Shown one piece after another: positions 11,020 to 22,055 of a stretch of DNA of 35,226 bases. The number at the start of each line of letters is the position of its first letter. The first letter of the stretch is position 1. The notes beneath the pieces were generated by a model. The model was not told the origin of the DNA and searched no databases. It worked only from the letters and a program-made list of their open reading frames with translations. The DNA is from Octopus bimaculoides. Lineage: Eukaryota. Location of the stretch: contig NC_068982.1 in assembly GCF_001194135.2 (NCBI RefSeq), positions 82,053,017 through 82,088,242 on the forward strand, in the 5' to 3' direction. A program made the translations under genes and the position numbers.

Positions 11020-12345
11020 ACAAATAACTAATGTAGAGATCTGTGTCATTGATGTGAAAACCTGCAAGATACCAAAGAACACAAATAATTTTCACATGAA
11101 GAGTGATGTAGACCGCCTCTATCTAAAAGGAAAGCAAGAGGTCAGAGGCTTAGCATCGATCCAGACAACCTTTGAATGTCATATCATATCCCTTCTGCAA
11201 CATCTTTTAACCACCAAGTGTCAAAATGCAAGCCTTGATCAAGTTTGTGTATACGAAGCAGATAACATCATGACACTTGGAAAACGGCTCCTTGAGCAGC
11301 ATTCTTTGTCTGATAAAGCTTGAATATACATCCAAAGAAGTCGCACAACTCTATCGCAGTGTATCATCAGACGATGCATGGAAATGTTAGCAGTCTATCA
11401 TGGACCAGCAACTGATTTACTAACTCTCACTTAGAAGAGTATGCATTTGCAATCCAGGAACAGGAAATATCACCAAAATGTGATAACCGATGCAGACTTT
11501 GTGGAGTTAACATCGAAGATTTTACCCACATTACAAGCAGTTGTCCAAAATGTCATTGCGATGAGACATGTTGTAACCAACACATTGTGTAATGACATGC
11601 ATCGGAAGGATAACCATGAGGGCAAAGAAATAAGAACCCACAGTATGGTAGAGGTCATAGCCACTCATAATAAGGTGTACGGGTGGAATGTCCCAGTGAA
11701 AACCTCAATAAAATGTAAACATAATAGATCTGACACAGTGATTTAGGACAGAAAGAGAAACTGTGTGCAGTAGTGGAAATCAGCTGCCCAGCAGATATTA
11801 ACATAAAGCTGAAGATCAGCGAAAAAGAAAATACAGTTACTCTACCCTGATTACAAGTTCAGGTTTATACCTGTAATTATTGGGGCTCTGAGATATGTAA
11901 CACACTGCTTCATTATCAATCCTGAGAAATAAGTCTTCTCAAAACCAGAAAGGAGAAAGGTGATTCGAAGACTACAAATTCAAGCCATCACTGGAACCAT
12001 AAAAATCTGTAAAACTTTGCAAAAGTTTATCATTAAAGTATATATGTGCACGTCTAGATATGCAACTATATGCATGAAAATATATACATAAAACAAAACA
12101 TACAAATCAGCACATGTCCTGACTCCATATACTGTACATATACGCACAATACATACAAAAATACCTTCTTGTTGATGTCGAAATTCCAATGGAGCATTGA
12201 ATAACCGATTCCTTCTTTATTGGCAAGAAATCTTGAAATAAGATTGAATAATGACATACGTACATACATACATGCATACATACATACATACATACATACA
12301 TACATACATACATAAATACATGCATGCATAAACACATGCACATAG
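11020..12345 (+). mobile_element. R4/Dong-clade RLE LINE (second subfamily): 3' part, 3' UTR and (CATA)n tail
   Basis: FHMKSDVDRLYL..RGL; CCHC knuckle CRLCGVNIEDFTHITSSCP (11491-11547); WNVPVKTSIKCKHNR.D.VI..VEISCP; IPVIIGAL; KICKT..KFII. The 3' UTR matches 33300-33520. Confidence 0.9.
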
Positions 12346-12541
12346 ATGCATACCACAAGTTTTGAGACTTTTTAGGAGAAGCAGTTATAACTATTCTAGA
12401 TTACTGTAATTTTAGTATATCATTATTGTACATCCAATAAAATGATCTGTCAATTTGTTTATTCCAGGTTAAAGGAGGCGACTGTAACACTGCTAAACAC
12501 TGCTTGTAACAGCTGACTTGCTTGCAGATTGCAATCAAGAC

Positions 12542-13317
12542 ATGAAGACAATTTGGAAGCTCTTTATGAAATAAAGTTTTGTGTTAAACAGGGGAAAAAC
12601 TGTACAGAAACTTCTGAAATGCTTCAGTCTGCATAAGAATTAACTTGTAGGAGCCAAGCAACTGTTTTTTGCTGGCACAAGTGGTCCAAGGACGACAGAG
12701 ATGAAGTGAGAGATAATGAAAGCCGTGAAAGGGAGAGGAACGTCAGAATATCAAAGTTGGCTGAGAAAATTCGTAATTTTCTGGATGATGATTGTCTTAG
12801 ACATACAATTGGGAGTTGGTGTGACAACTGTACACAGAATTATTCTTAAAAATCTGAACATCTGCAAAAGTTGTGCAAAGTTTGTTCCCAGTGTGCTCAG
12901 TGACGAAACAGAAGGAAAGATGCATTGGTGACAACATGGAGGTGGTTGAGCTTATTATCTCCAATCCAAGAGCGCTCGATTCTCTAGTGACGTATGTTGA
13001 AAGCTAGACCCACTGTTATGATTTAGGGACCAATAGACGGAGTGCCCAGTAGAAGCACCCTGAGACGGGTATCAAAACTGGGTCACACCTACAGTTCAGA
13101 CCTTGCTCTCCGTGCCTTGACTTTTGGTTATACCCCAAGCTGAAGAACAGCCTCAAGGGCAGTTGTGTTGAAGTCAGTGAGAAGATGGAGGTTGTAAGAA
13201 AGTTCCTAGACACACAAGACCTTCACTTTGGAGGACATCCATGGGGCCTTCACAAAGTGGCTGGAGCGCTACAGCAGGTGCATTGAAATCAGAGGGTCCT
13301 ACTTTGAAGTAGATTGA
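12542..13317 (+). pseudogene. Mariner transposase remnant with a central deletion (different family from 9671)
   Basis: Reads M..NL...Y.IKFCVK.GK..TET..ML..A..; AKFVPSVLSD; WKHP joined directly to GIKT..YSSDLA..DFWLYPKLK..RCIEIRGSYFE. The HQDNA motif (second catalytic Asp) is deleted. Confidence 0.85.
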
Positions 13318-13812
13318 GTTTTTGTACTTCTCTGAAGGTAATATTTATTAATTGTATGTCTATGCATTATACATACATACAATTATACATAAACACATAC
13401 ACATACACACACATACATACATATATAAATACGTACATACATACATACGTTCATATATATTTCAAATGTGTCCTTGAAAGTATCGTGTGCATGTATGCAT
13501 GTATGCAGGTACATACATGTCCCAGCTCGTAATACTACGCAATTACATATGAGCGTGTAAGTATGTGTGTGTGTGCGTGTGTGCACGCGTGTGTGTGTCT
13601 GTGTGTGCTTGTGTGCACGCATGTCCGTGTATGAGTGTGTATACATGTGTGTATGAGCGCGTGCGAGTGCGTATTCTAATATGCACTTCAGCGTGTATAT
13701 GTGTCATAACCCGTGCATTGTCAGGAATATATGTTCGCATAGATATACAGACACACTCACACTTAATTGAACATAAATACATTCGCTCATACGCACATGT
13801 AAATAAACAACC

Positions 13813-13849
<37 letters not shown>

Positions 13850-14848
13850 NNNNNNNNNNNNNNNNNNNNNNNNNNNNNNNNNNNNNNNNNNNNNNNNNNN
13901 NNNNNNNNNNNNNNNNNNNNNNNNNNNNNNNNNNNNNNNNNNNNNNNNNNNNNNNNNNNNNNNNNNNNNNNNNNNNNNNNNNNNNNNNNNNNNNNNNNNN
14001 NNNNNNNNNNNNNNNNNNNNNNNNNNNNNNNNNNNNNNNNNNNNNNNNNNNNNNNNNNNNNNNNNNNNNNNNNNNNNNNNNNNNNNNNNNNNNNNNNNNN
14101 NNNNNNNNNNNNNNNNNNNNNNNNNNNNNNNNNNNNNNNNNNNNNNNNNNNNNNNNNNNNNNNNNNNNNNNNNNNNNNNNNNNNNNNNNNNNNNNNNNNN
14201 NNNNNNNNNNNNNNNNNNNNNNNNNNNNNNNNNNNNNNNNNNNNNNNNNNNNNNNNNNNNNNNNNNNNNNNNNNNNNNNNNNNNNNNNNNNNNNNNNNNN
14301 NNNNNNNNNNNNNNNNNNNNNNNNNNNNNNNNNNNNNNNNNNNNNNNNNNNNNNNNNNNNNNNNNNNNNNNNNNNNNNNNNNNNNNNNNNNNNNNNNNNN
14401 NNNNNNNNNNNNNNNNNNNNNNNNNNNNNNNNNNNNNNNNNNNNNNNNNNNNNNNNNNNNNNNNNNNNNNNNNNNNNNNNNNNNNNNNNNNNNNNNNNNN
14501 NNNNNNNNNNNNNNNNNNNNNNNNNNNNNNNNNNNNNNNNNNNNNNNNNNNNNNNNNNNNNNNNNNNNNNNNNNNNNNNNNNNNNNNNNNNNNNNNNNNN
14601 NNNNNNNNNNNNNNNNNNNNNNNNNNNNNNNNNNNNNNNNNNNNNNNNNNNNNNNNNNNNNNNNNNNNNNNNNNNNNNNNNNNNNNNNNNNNNNNNNNNN
14701 NNNNNNNNNNNNNNNNNNNNNNNNNNNNNNNNNNNNNNNNNNNNNNNNNNNNNNNNNNNNNNNNNNNNNNNNNNNNNNNNNNNNNNNNNNNNNNNNNNNN
14801 NNNNNNNNNNNNNNNNNNNNNNNNNNNNNNNNNNNNNNNNNNNNNNNN
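13850..14848. other. Assembly gap (N run) flanked by (TA)n
   Basis: N run in the sequence. Confidence 0.99.
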
Positions 14849-14940
14849 TATATATATATATATATATATACATGTATATATATAATCTACACACACATGT
14901 GTGAGTGTAAACGTATACACCTGCATGCGTTTATATACGT

Positions 14941-14981
<41 letters not shown>

Positions 14982-15251
14982 TGAGCACGTGAGCTATAAC
15001 AAACAGCTCTATTGAAGTCCGCCATGTTGAATGGTTTGTTTTCTCTGTCTGACTCTGTATATCTCTCTGAAGCATTCATTGAGACATTAAAAAAATACAT
15101 AGATAAAAAGGTATTTCCTAACGCAGGCCTATATTTGCTCAATTTCAATAATAATATACACCATTTTTTTTTCATTCCTTTTTAAAGGTTTCCTTTACCA
15201 CGATACACGCTGCCATTGCAGACGCCAACACCATTGACGCCAACATTTCGT

Positions 15252-15294
<43 letters not shown>

Positions 15295-15308
15295 GACTAC
15301 GACTACTG
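15252..15308. repeat. (CTA)n microsatellite
   Basis: Direct reading. Confidence 0.95.
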
Positions 15309-15399
15309 CATCCGTCTCGAAAACACCAGCTGCAGAATTAACATCATCGCCACCTCCTGATGCAATATAGAGCACTGTTGGTTGTGTAACGTTATATTT

Positions 15400-15720
<321 letters not shown>

Positions 15721-16096
15721 ATATATATTTATATTATATGTCTGTATATATTTATGTACCTATGCATGCCGGCGTATATATGTATAGACGCCATATAGTT
15801 TTTCACTGGTGTGTTTATATGGAGGCCATGCAGAAGCACAGACTACAAACGTCTTCACACACGCTCATACAGGATATATATACATTAAAATTTTAATGTG
15901 TGTGTATGTGTGTGTGTTTGTATTAGACATTTGCGAAAAGAACCTGTTTTTACCTGCTCGATTGACTCATTCTAATTTTATTCTCAATCAGCGTACGTAA
16001 ATGATAAACCACACGTGGGGAAAACATTGACATTGTGGTCCGAAGATTGTTTGGCACTATTTGGGCATGAAACCTCTTGTTAATATATATTATATA

Positions 16097-17370
16097 CTAG
16101 CAGAGATACCCGGCGTTGCTCGGGATTAAAATGGTATAGTTTGAATATACAAAACGTCGTGCTGTTTCTGAGAAAGTAACAGTTCATAATATATATGTTT
16201 ATGTATATATGTATGTACGTATGTATGTATATATATGCATGTATGTGTATGTGTATGTGTGTATGTATGTCTGTATGTGTGTGTGTATGTATGCATGCAT
16301 TTATGCATGTGTATATATGTGTATGTACATGTAAAAGTATGTTTATGTACTGATATGCGTGTCTGTTCAAGTTGTATCTAAAACTGTTACCCCGTCGAAG
16401 ATTATATATATATATATGTTCCGAGCACACGATCTCAGATCAAGTCACTTGCTATGCAAGTACATTTCCGTAAATAGAAAGATTATCACAATGAAGTATT
16501 ATATTGTTTTAATCGAAATGAAAATAAAATTTCGTATTGACACTGACCAGCCCTCACTTACATATAGTATGTTTAATAACGTACCTAACGGGGAAAGACA
16601 CACACCCCATGAGACATATATACACTCATACACTCACATACATGGTTAAACAGACAGATACACAATCATATAGAAAATGTGACGTGTGGTGGTTAGAATT
16701 AAAAGGAAATGTATAAAAGTGAAACATAGTATGTTTAATAACGTACCTAACGCGGAAAGACTCACACACTGTGAGACATATGCACACTCATACATTCACA
16801 CACATAACATTCACAGACAGATACACAGTCATATACGTCGTCATGGTTAACCAGCCCTCACATCCACATAGTATGTTTAATAAACGTGCCTAACGCAGAA
16901 AGACACACACACGATGACACATATACACTCATACACTTACACACGTCGTGGTAGTGGTTAGAATTAGAAGTAAAAGTATAAAAGTGAAACAGTATGTTTA
17001 ATAACGTACTTTACACGGGAAAAATACACACATTATAAGACATATACACACTCATATACTCACACACATACATTCACAGACAGATATACAGTCATATACA
17101 AAATGTAACGTCGTCGTCGTCGTGGTTAGAATTAAAAGTGAAAGTATAAAAGTGAAGCAATATACCACATTACAATATAGATGTTATTCTTTCACTTTTA
17201 TTACAATACAGATGTTATTCTTTCACATTTATTCTTCGAGTTCTAACACGTAATACGGAACCAGTGCCAATGTTGCATTGTTTTAATCCCCAAAAATTAC
17301 ATGTTGACACTCACGAGGTTTGATAGTATTACTATGTAAAATTTGACTTGATTTGGCTGAGCCGTTTGAG
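16097..17370 (-). mobile_element. Non-autonomous Helitron; 3' end at 16097, 5' extent uncertain
   Basis: The minus strand ends CCCGAGCAACGCCGGG-TATCTCTG-CTAG|T, the same hairpin-CTAG design as 6235-6263. It has an internal tandem array and no RepHel coding sequence. Confidence 0.75.
16545..17157. repeat. Four-unit modular minisatellite (~120-170 bp units)
   Basis: The anchor (T/C)AGTATGTTTAATAA starts at 16565, 16727, 16869 and 16990. Confidence 0.9.
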
Positions 17371-17499
17371 AATGCATTGGAGAATAAAAATATTCATTTT
17401 CATTTTCATTTATTCATTTTATTTTTACTGTATTCTTATTTTTATTTCTATTTCATTTTTATTTTTATTTTTTACTTTATATTTGTGTTAAATTTTTGT

Positions 17500-17630
17500 G
17501 AATCTCTGAAGAAGCCTAGCGAATCATGCATGTACCCCCATTTCAGCCTTTCATCTGCTAATTACTCCGGCAGGAGCTATTCGGATAGAATGGGGCTTGC
17601 CAACGCTAGGCCGAAACAGCTGTAAGTTTC
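17500..17630 (+). ncRNA. Type I hammerhead ribozyme (Penelope-like type), near intact
   Basis: CUGAAGA at 17506-17512; stem II GCCUAGCG/CGCUAGGC (17514-17521/17604-17611); GAAA at 17613-17616; palindromic stem III ACAGCUGU; GUA cleavage triplet at 17622-17624; stem I GAAUCU/AGUUUC pairs 5 of 6. Confidence 0.7.
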
Positions 17631-18047
17631 TGTTTATTCTCAAATTCCTAATGTACTTTATATTTGTAACCTTGATTGTTAATATAACATGGTATGTCAT
17701 AAGCATTTGTATTTTGTGGTTTTTATCATTTTAGTTACGAAATACACTTTCAACGGAATACACTGTCTGCAAGTCGTTGAGCACCACATATTCTTCTCCA
17801 TTTTCTAATTGCTATATATATANNNNNNNNNNNNNNNNNNNNNNNNNNNNNNNNNNNNNNNNNNNNNNNNNNNNNNNNNNNNNNNNNNNNNNNNNNNNNN
17901 NNNNNNNNNNNNNNNNNNNNNNNNNNNNNNNNNNNNNNNNNNNNNNNNNNNNNNNNNNNNNNNNNNNNNNNNNNNNNNNNNNNNNNNNNNNNNNNNNNNN
18001 NNNNNNNNNNNNNNNNNNNNNNNNNNNNNNNNNNATATATGTATGTA

Positions 18048-18440
18048 TACAAGGTGATTGAAAAGTAACTCCCTATTTTAAAATACTTATAATTTATTTA
18101 TTAACTATAATTTTTTTTTGATAAAATGAATATGTGAAGAAAGCGTATAGCATGGAGTTTTAATTAAAATTCGATATAGGCACCAGCATTCGCCACCAGC
18201 TTCTCAAGTCGCCCGGGAACCGCATCGTCTGATTTCATCAGGAACTCTTGCTGGATGGAAGACATAACTTCTCGTATTCGCCCTTCAAATTCTTTCAAAG
18301 CGTTGGTTCAGTAGAGTAGACTTGTTCATTTATCCAACCCCAAAGAAAAAAGTCGCAAGGTGTTAAATCAGGGCTTCTGGTAAGCCAGTTATGCGGACCT
18401 CGACGACCCATCCACATCCGGACTGTTGTCATAGTAACGA
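18048..18440 (-). mobile_element. Tc1/mariner 3' end, rosa/DD41D-like
   Basis: WMGRRGPHNWLTRSPDLTPCDFFLWGWINEQVY..AYIEF*. TA at 18048-18049 is followed by the TIR-like CAAGGTGATTGAAAAGTAACTCCC. The family is inferred from the SPDLTPCDFFLWG signature; D-D spacing is not visible. Confidence 0.72.
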
Positions 18441-18484
18441 AACTAAAGCACACAGAGTTAAACCGCTTGGCACAGATTGACCGT

Positions 18485-19180
18485 GGACTCTGTTGTGCGC
18501 GCGCACTAAATTTTAACATTCTAACTTACTTCGGCTGTTTACAGTAGTACTTGGGAGGAACGTCTGTAGAGCGTGATGGTCGCATTGACCATGACAGAGG
18601 AAGTTGTCATGGCAATACCTGCTCAGTGACCTACGCAAAGTTACAGAAAGTGTATGGAATGTATGAGCCGCACACAAGCGTACGAGTGGTTCAGACGTTT
18701 TCAAGATGGCCGAAAAATGTCGATTGTGACGAACATTCTGGGAGACTCGCAACCAGCAGAACTGAGAAAAACATTACAGATGCACCTGCAGCCGTGAAGG
18801 GAAATCATCGAATCACCATCCCTGAGTTATCAGAAGATGTACAGATTAGTTACGGTTCAGTTCAGTCCATTGTAACTGAAGATTTGGGTATGAGACGCGT
18901 GTCTGCCAAGTTTGTGCCAAAACTGCTTTCAGCTGACACTCGGGTTTCAATTGCACAAGATCTCATCGATTGTGTTGAGGACGATGAAAATTTTGCGTGG
19001 GTCTCTAAGCAGGTAGCACCAAACTTTTGGCAAAATTTGATGCAGATTCTCTGCTCAACTTTCTCTGTCATAGTCAATGCAACAATCCCACGCTACACAC
19101 CTTCCTTTCAAGCACTGCTGTAAACAGCAGAATTAAGCTAAAAGGCAAAAACTTTGTGCACACGCACAGCAGAGATCAAG
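18485..19180. mobile_element. Fold-back mariner derivative made of two convergent 5' ends
   Basis: The + arm encodes the N-terminal/HTH region (..YEWFRRF..RITI.ELSEDV.IS.GSVQSI.TEDLGMRRVSAKFVPKLLS..DDENF). The - arm encodes MTEKVEQRICIKFCQK.GATC.ETHAK. The 5' UTRs at 18522-18610 and 19050-19140 are reverse-complementary. Confidence 0.85.
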
Positions 19181-19592
19181 GTTAATTGCTAACAATTGTG
19201 ACAAAACCTCACTGCACGCGTTTCAATTGCGTGGTTATTCATTAACAATGAAAAGCAGATTGCATTCAATGTACTTTGCTATGTTAATAAATAACCAGAC
19301 TTATGCTTCGCATGTAGTGATGATTTGAGATACCTATTTTCATTTGTTTACTAAGTGATACACTGTATAATATGTACCAATTGTACCATTGATATTTCTA
19401 TGGATTTACATGATGCCTAAGGTCATTATACAACTGTTCATCTTTATATAGACCGCCAAAACTGACCAGCTTAATATTTTGCATCTTGCATATTGATCTG
19501 GAATATTTGCGTATTATTTCTGTATAAACTGTTAGATGCTTCAAAAGTAAATTTTCCAATTTCTATTTGATCCCCATTGGATTATTCATTCA

Positions 19593-19856
19593 TACATACG
19601 ATACGTACATACATACATACATACATACATACATACATACATACATACATACATGGTAGTTGTCTACTTCTTATGCAGAGACAACTTGTACTTACACCTT
19701 GGATTTATCATGGCGTCTGATGTGGCTTTTTGAACTAGACAATGTATTGAAAAGACACTCACATAAATAACATCTGCTTTGGACCACCAAGAGCAGCACT
19801 ATTCTGATCTTTGTGGATCTTAAAATACCTTTTCAGGCCTCCGTTAGATTTGCATA
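19593..19856 (-). mobile_element. 5'-truncated RTE-type LINE 3' end (C2H2 finger remnant) with (ATGT)n tail
   Basis: CKSNGGLKRYFKIH..KSHIRRH..GTAGACAACTACC|ATGTATGT; homologous to 25470-25722. Confidence 0.8.
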
Positions 19857-19880
19857 CACACACACAAACACACGCACACA

Positions 19881-19970
<90 letters not shown>

Positions 19971-20075
19971 AACACACACACATACATACACACACACACA
20001 TATATACACGCACAAACACACACACATACACAATCCCACACACACATACACAATCCCCCCCCCACACACATATAG
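19857..20075. repeat. Long (CA)n microsatellite
   Basis: Direct reading. Confidence 0.95.
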
Positions 20076-20109
20076 TATGTAGATAGGGTTATAATCCAAG
20101 CTGTGTCCT

Positions 20110-20165
20110 CATGAAGTACATCTTCATATTCTAGTACTCCAAGGTATATTTGTAGATGCTATATG
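20110..20165 (-). mobile_element. Tiny R4-type RT fragment
   Basis: The minus strand reads (I)YKY/LGVLEYEDVLHE with one frameshift, resembling the YKYLG-LE motif also seen degenerate near 2130. Short, so tentative. Confidence 0.35.
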
Positions 20166-20299
20166 TTATATGGGAGTTGAAAATACCGAGGAATGATGTT
20201 AAATATTGGGAAATATTCATTGCAAATTAAATACTAAGACAAACAATTAGAAATAATAAAGTTTTACAGCTTTCTGTTCATATATATGGTAGATAGAGT

Positions 20300-20918
20300 T
20301 TCTTTATTTGTGTGCTAAATCTACCACTGGTTTCTTGTTAAGAAATATTTTTATATCTTAACAATTTTTCAAACCGGTCACACGAAGGAATGGTATTTGT
20401 CTCTCTTTTGGATGAAACACAAAATCTCGTGAATTCGCAGAAGTCTCGTAAAGAAAATAAATCAAGAGGAGCTTTTGACACCTTTTGAGTGGTTATCGCC
20501 TTCGGATTTGACTTTTCGGTAAACAGTCATGTTGGATGGTAAATTTGTTTACATTATATTGTATTATATTCTGGGTATATGTGATGTTCATATGGGGCAT
20601 GTTTCATTCTATGTGTGGAATTCGTGTGTTGTATATATTCAATATTCACGTTCATGGAAAGAAACAATCCTGGTAGGGTTAGCGGCGCGGGTGGGGATTC
20701 CTCTTTGAAGTGACTAAGTGCGAAATATTGCTTGTGTATGCCGGGAGAGAAGGTTTCATACTTAATATTTAGGATGGTAACTGTTGACTCTATGATATTT
20801 AAATTTTCAGTGATATAGAGTTCATATCTGGTACCCTGTCCTCTGTATTTTCTGGATTTAGCAATGATGCTCCATTTTATTCTGGGGATTACTTATTCCT
20901 CCTTCTTTCACTGTCCAT

Positions 20919-21015
<97 letters not shown>

Positions 21016-21545
21016 GTATGTATGTATGCATGTAGGCATATAGGCATGTAGGCATGCATGTATGCATGTACGTATGAATGCATGCTAGGAATACATATAT
21101 GTGTGTGTGTTTACGACCATAGCCAGGATCATGCTGGAGTTCCAGGGAAATTATAATGATTGATCGGGAAGCGCTAGGTGATTATTATTAAGAATATATA
21201 TTGACCAAATGCGATGACATATTTAGACTGAAGTCGTTTCGGTTTCTGCTTCTCTTTGGCTCTATCTTGAGTTAATTTGGGATTAATCTTGGGTTCCCGA
21301 GATTTTTCATACGATTTTAAACTTTCCTTTCTTGGACTCGCTCACTTTTAGAGCATTATTGTAGTAAGATGCTGCTGAGTTCAGTAAAAGATATTGAAGT
21401 AATTATCCGGTTTATATCGTTGGCTTGGCTCTTTATTGTTGAAGTTGGATTGTTAGAATGTTTGCTTATATACAGCGTCACAACATTTGGTTTTATATTA
21501 TAATATTTTTTGCTGTAGTTAGCTTTAGTGTTATGTTTAATAACT
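20300..21545 (-). mobile_element. Penelope-like element: RT C-terminus, GIY-YIG C-terminal tail and pLTR, interrupted by microsatellites
   Basis: KPNVVTLYISKHSNNPTSTIK..INRII.SIS..AASYYNNALKVSE resembles PLE KPN..YV...SNHPP.II..INRR..YQNAL. Downstream, ITENLNIIES..ILNIKYETFS..HKQYFALSHFK resembles the PLE terminal LN.R.E.FS.CRH..K.L..FK. A hammerhead-like remnant follows. Confidence 0.75.
20318..20372 (-). ncRNA. Degenerate hammerhead ribozyme remnant in a PLE pLTR
   Basis: UUGAAAA (two transitions from CUGAAGA); perfect 9-bp stem II UUGUUAAGA/UCUUAACAA; GAAA; stem III ACC-AGU-GGU; GUA triplet. Stem I does not pair. Confidence 0.45.
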
Positions 21546-21562
21546 TTATCATGAATACACAC

Positions 21563-21711
21563 AGGCGCAGGCGGGCTGTGTTGTAAGGAGCTTGTTTGCC
21601 AACCACATGCTTCTGGGTTCAGTCCCAATGTATGATACCTTGGACTATAACCCTGGACCCATCAAAACATTGTCAGTGGATTTAGTCGATGGAAACTGAA
21701 AGAAGCCCGTC

Positions 21712-21712
<1 letters not shown>
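21563..21712 (+). mobile_element. tRNA-derived SINE head; body resumes at ~22140-22225
   Basis: GGCGCAGG..GCTGTGTTGTAAG (A-box-like) ..GGGTTCAGTCCC (B-box-like) ..GGAAACTGAAAGAAGCCCGTC, followed by microsatellite. Confidence 0.75.
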
Positions 21713-21743
<31 letters not shown>

Positions 21744-21889
21744 NNNNNNNNNNNNNNNNNNNNNNNNNNNNNNNNNNNNNNNNNNNNNNNNNNNNNNNNN
21801 NNNNNNNNNNNNNNNNNNNNNNNNNNNNNNNNNNNNNNNNNNNNNNNNNNNNNNNNNNNNNNNNNNNNNNNNNNNNNNNNNNNNNNNNN

Positions 21890-21931
<42 letters not shown>

Positions 21932-22019
21932 CTGAAATTAACAGAAAAACAATAGACGAAGACAGGTGTATAAACAACAAGCAGGTGTGTTAGTCTGACA
22001 CTCGGGAAGATGAGAAAGT

Positions 22020-22055
22020 CTTTTATGTTTCGAGCCTACACTCTTCAGCAGAAAG
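22020..22055 (-). ncRNA. Minimal PLE-type hammerhead with two core substitutions
   Basis: CUUU-CUGCUGA-A-GAGU(GUAG)GCUC-GAAA-CAUA-AAAG. Stems I and II are intact; A6>C, and stem III reads ACAU instead of ACGU (CpG-type decay). Confidence 0.55.

Noticed and set aside
15019-15028. YY1-like motif CCGCCATGTT (and E-box GTCACGTGAT near 9484)
   Set aside because: Single 10-mers without supporting context are expected by chance in 35 kb.
13704-15175. Long ORFs of 396-462 aa (also 28284-30898 and 32733-33353)
   Set aside because: They span N-gaps and (TA)n/(CA)n arrays; the length is an artefact of X codons and stop-free dinucleotide frames.
16545-17157. CRISPR-like repeat-spacer array
   Set aside because: The inter-anchor sequences are homologous to each other rather than unique spacers, the context is eukaryotic, and there are no cas genes.
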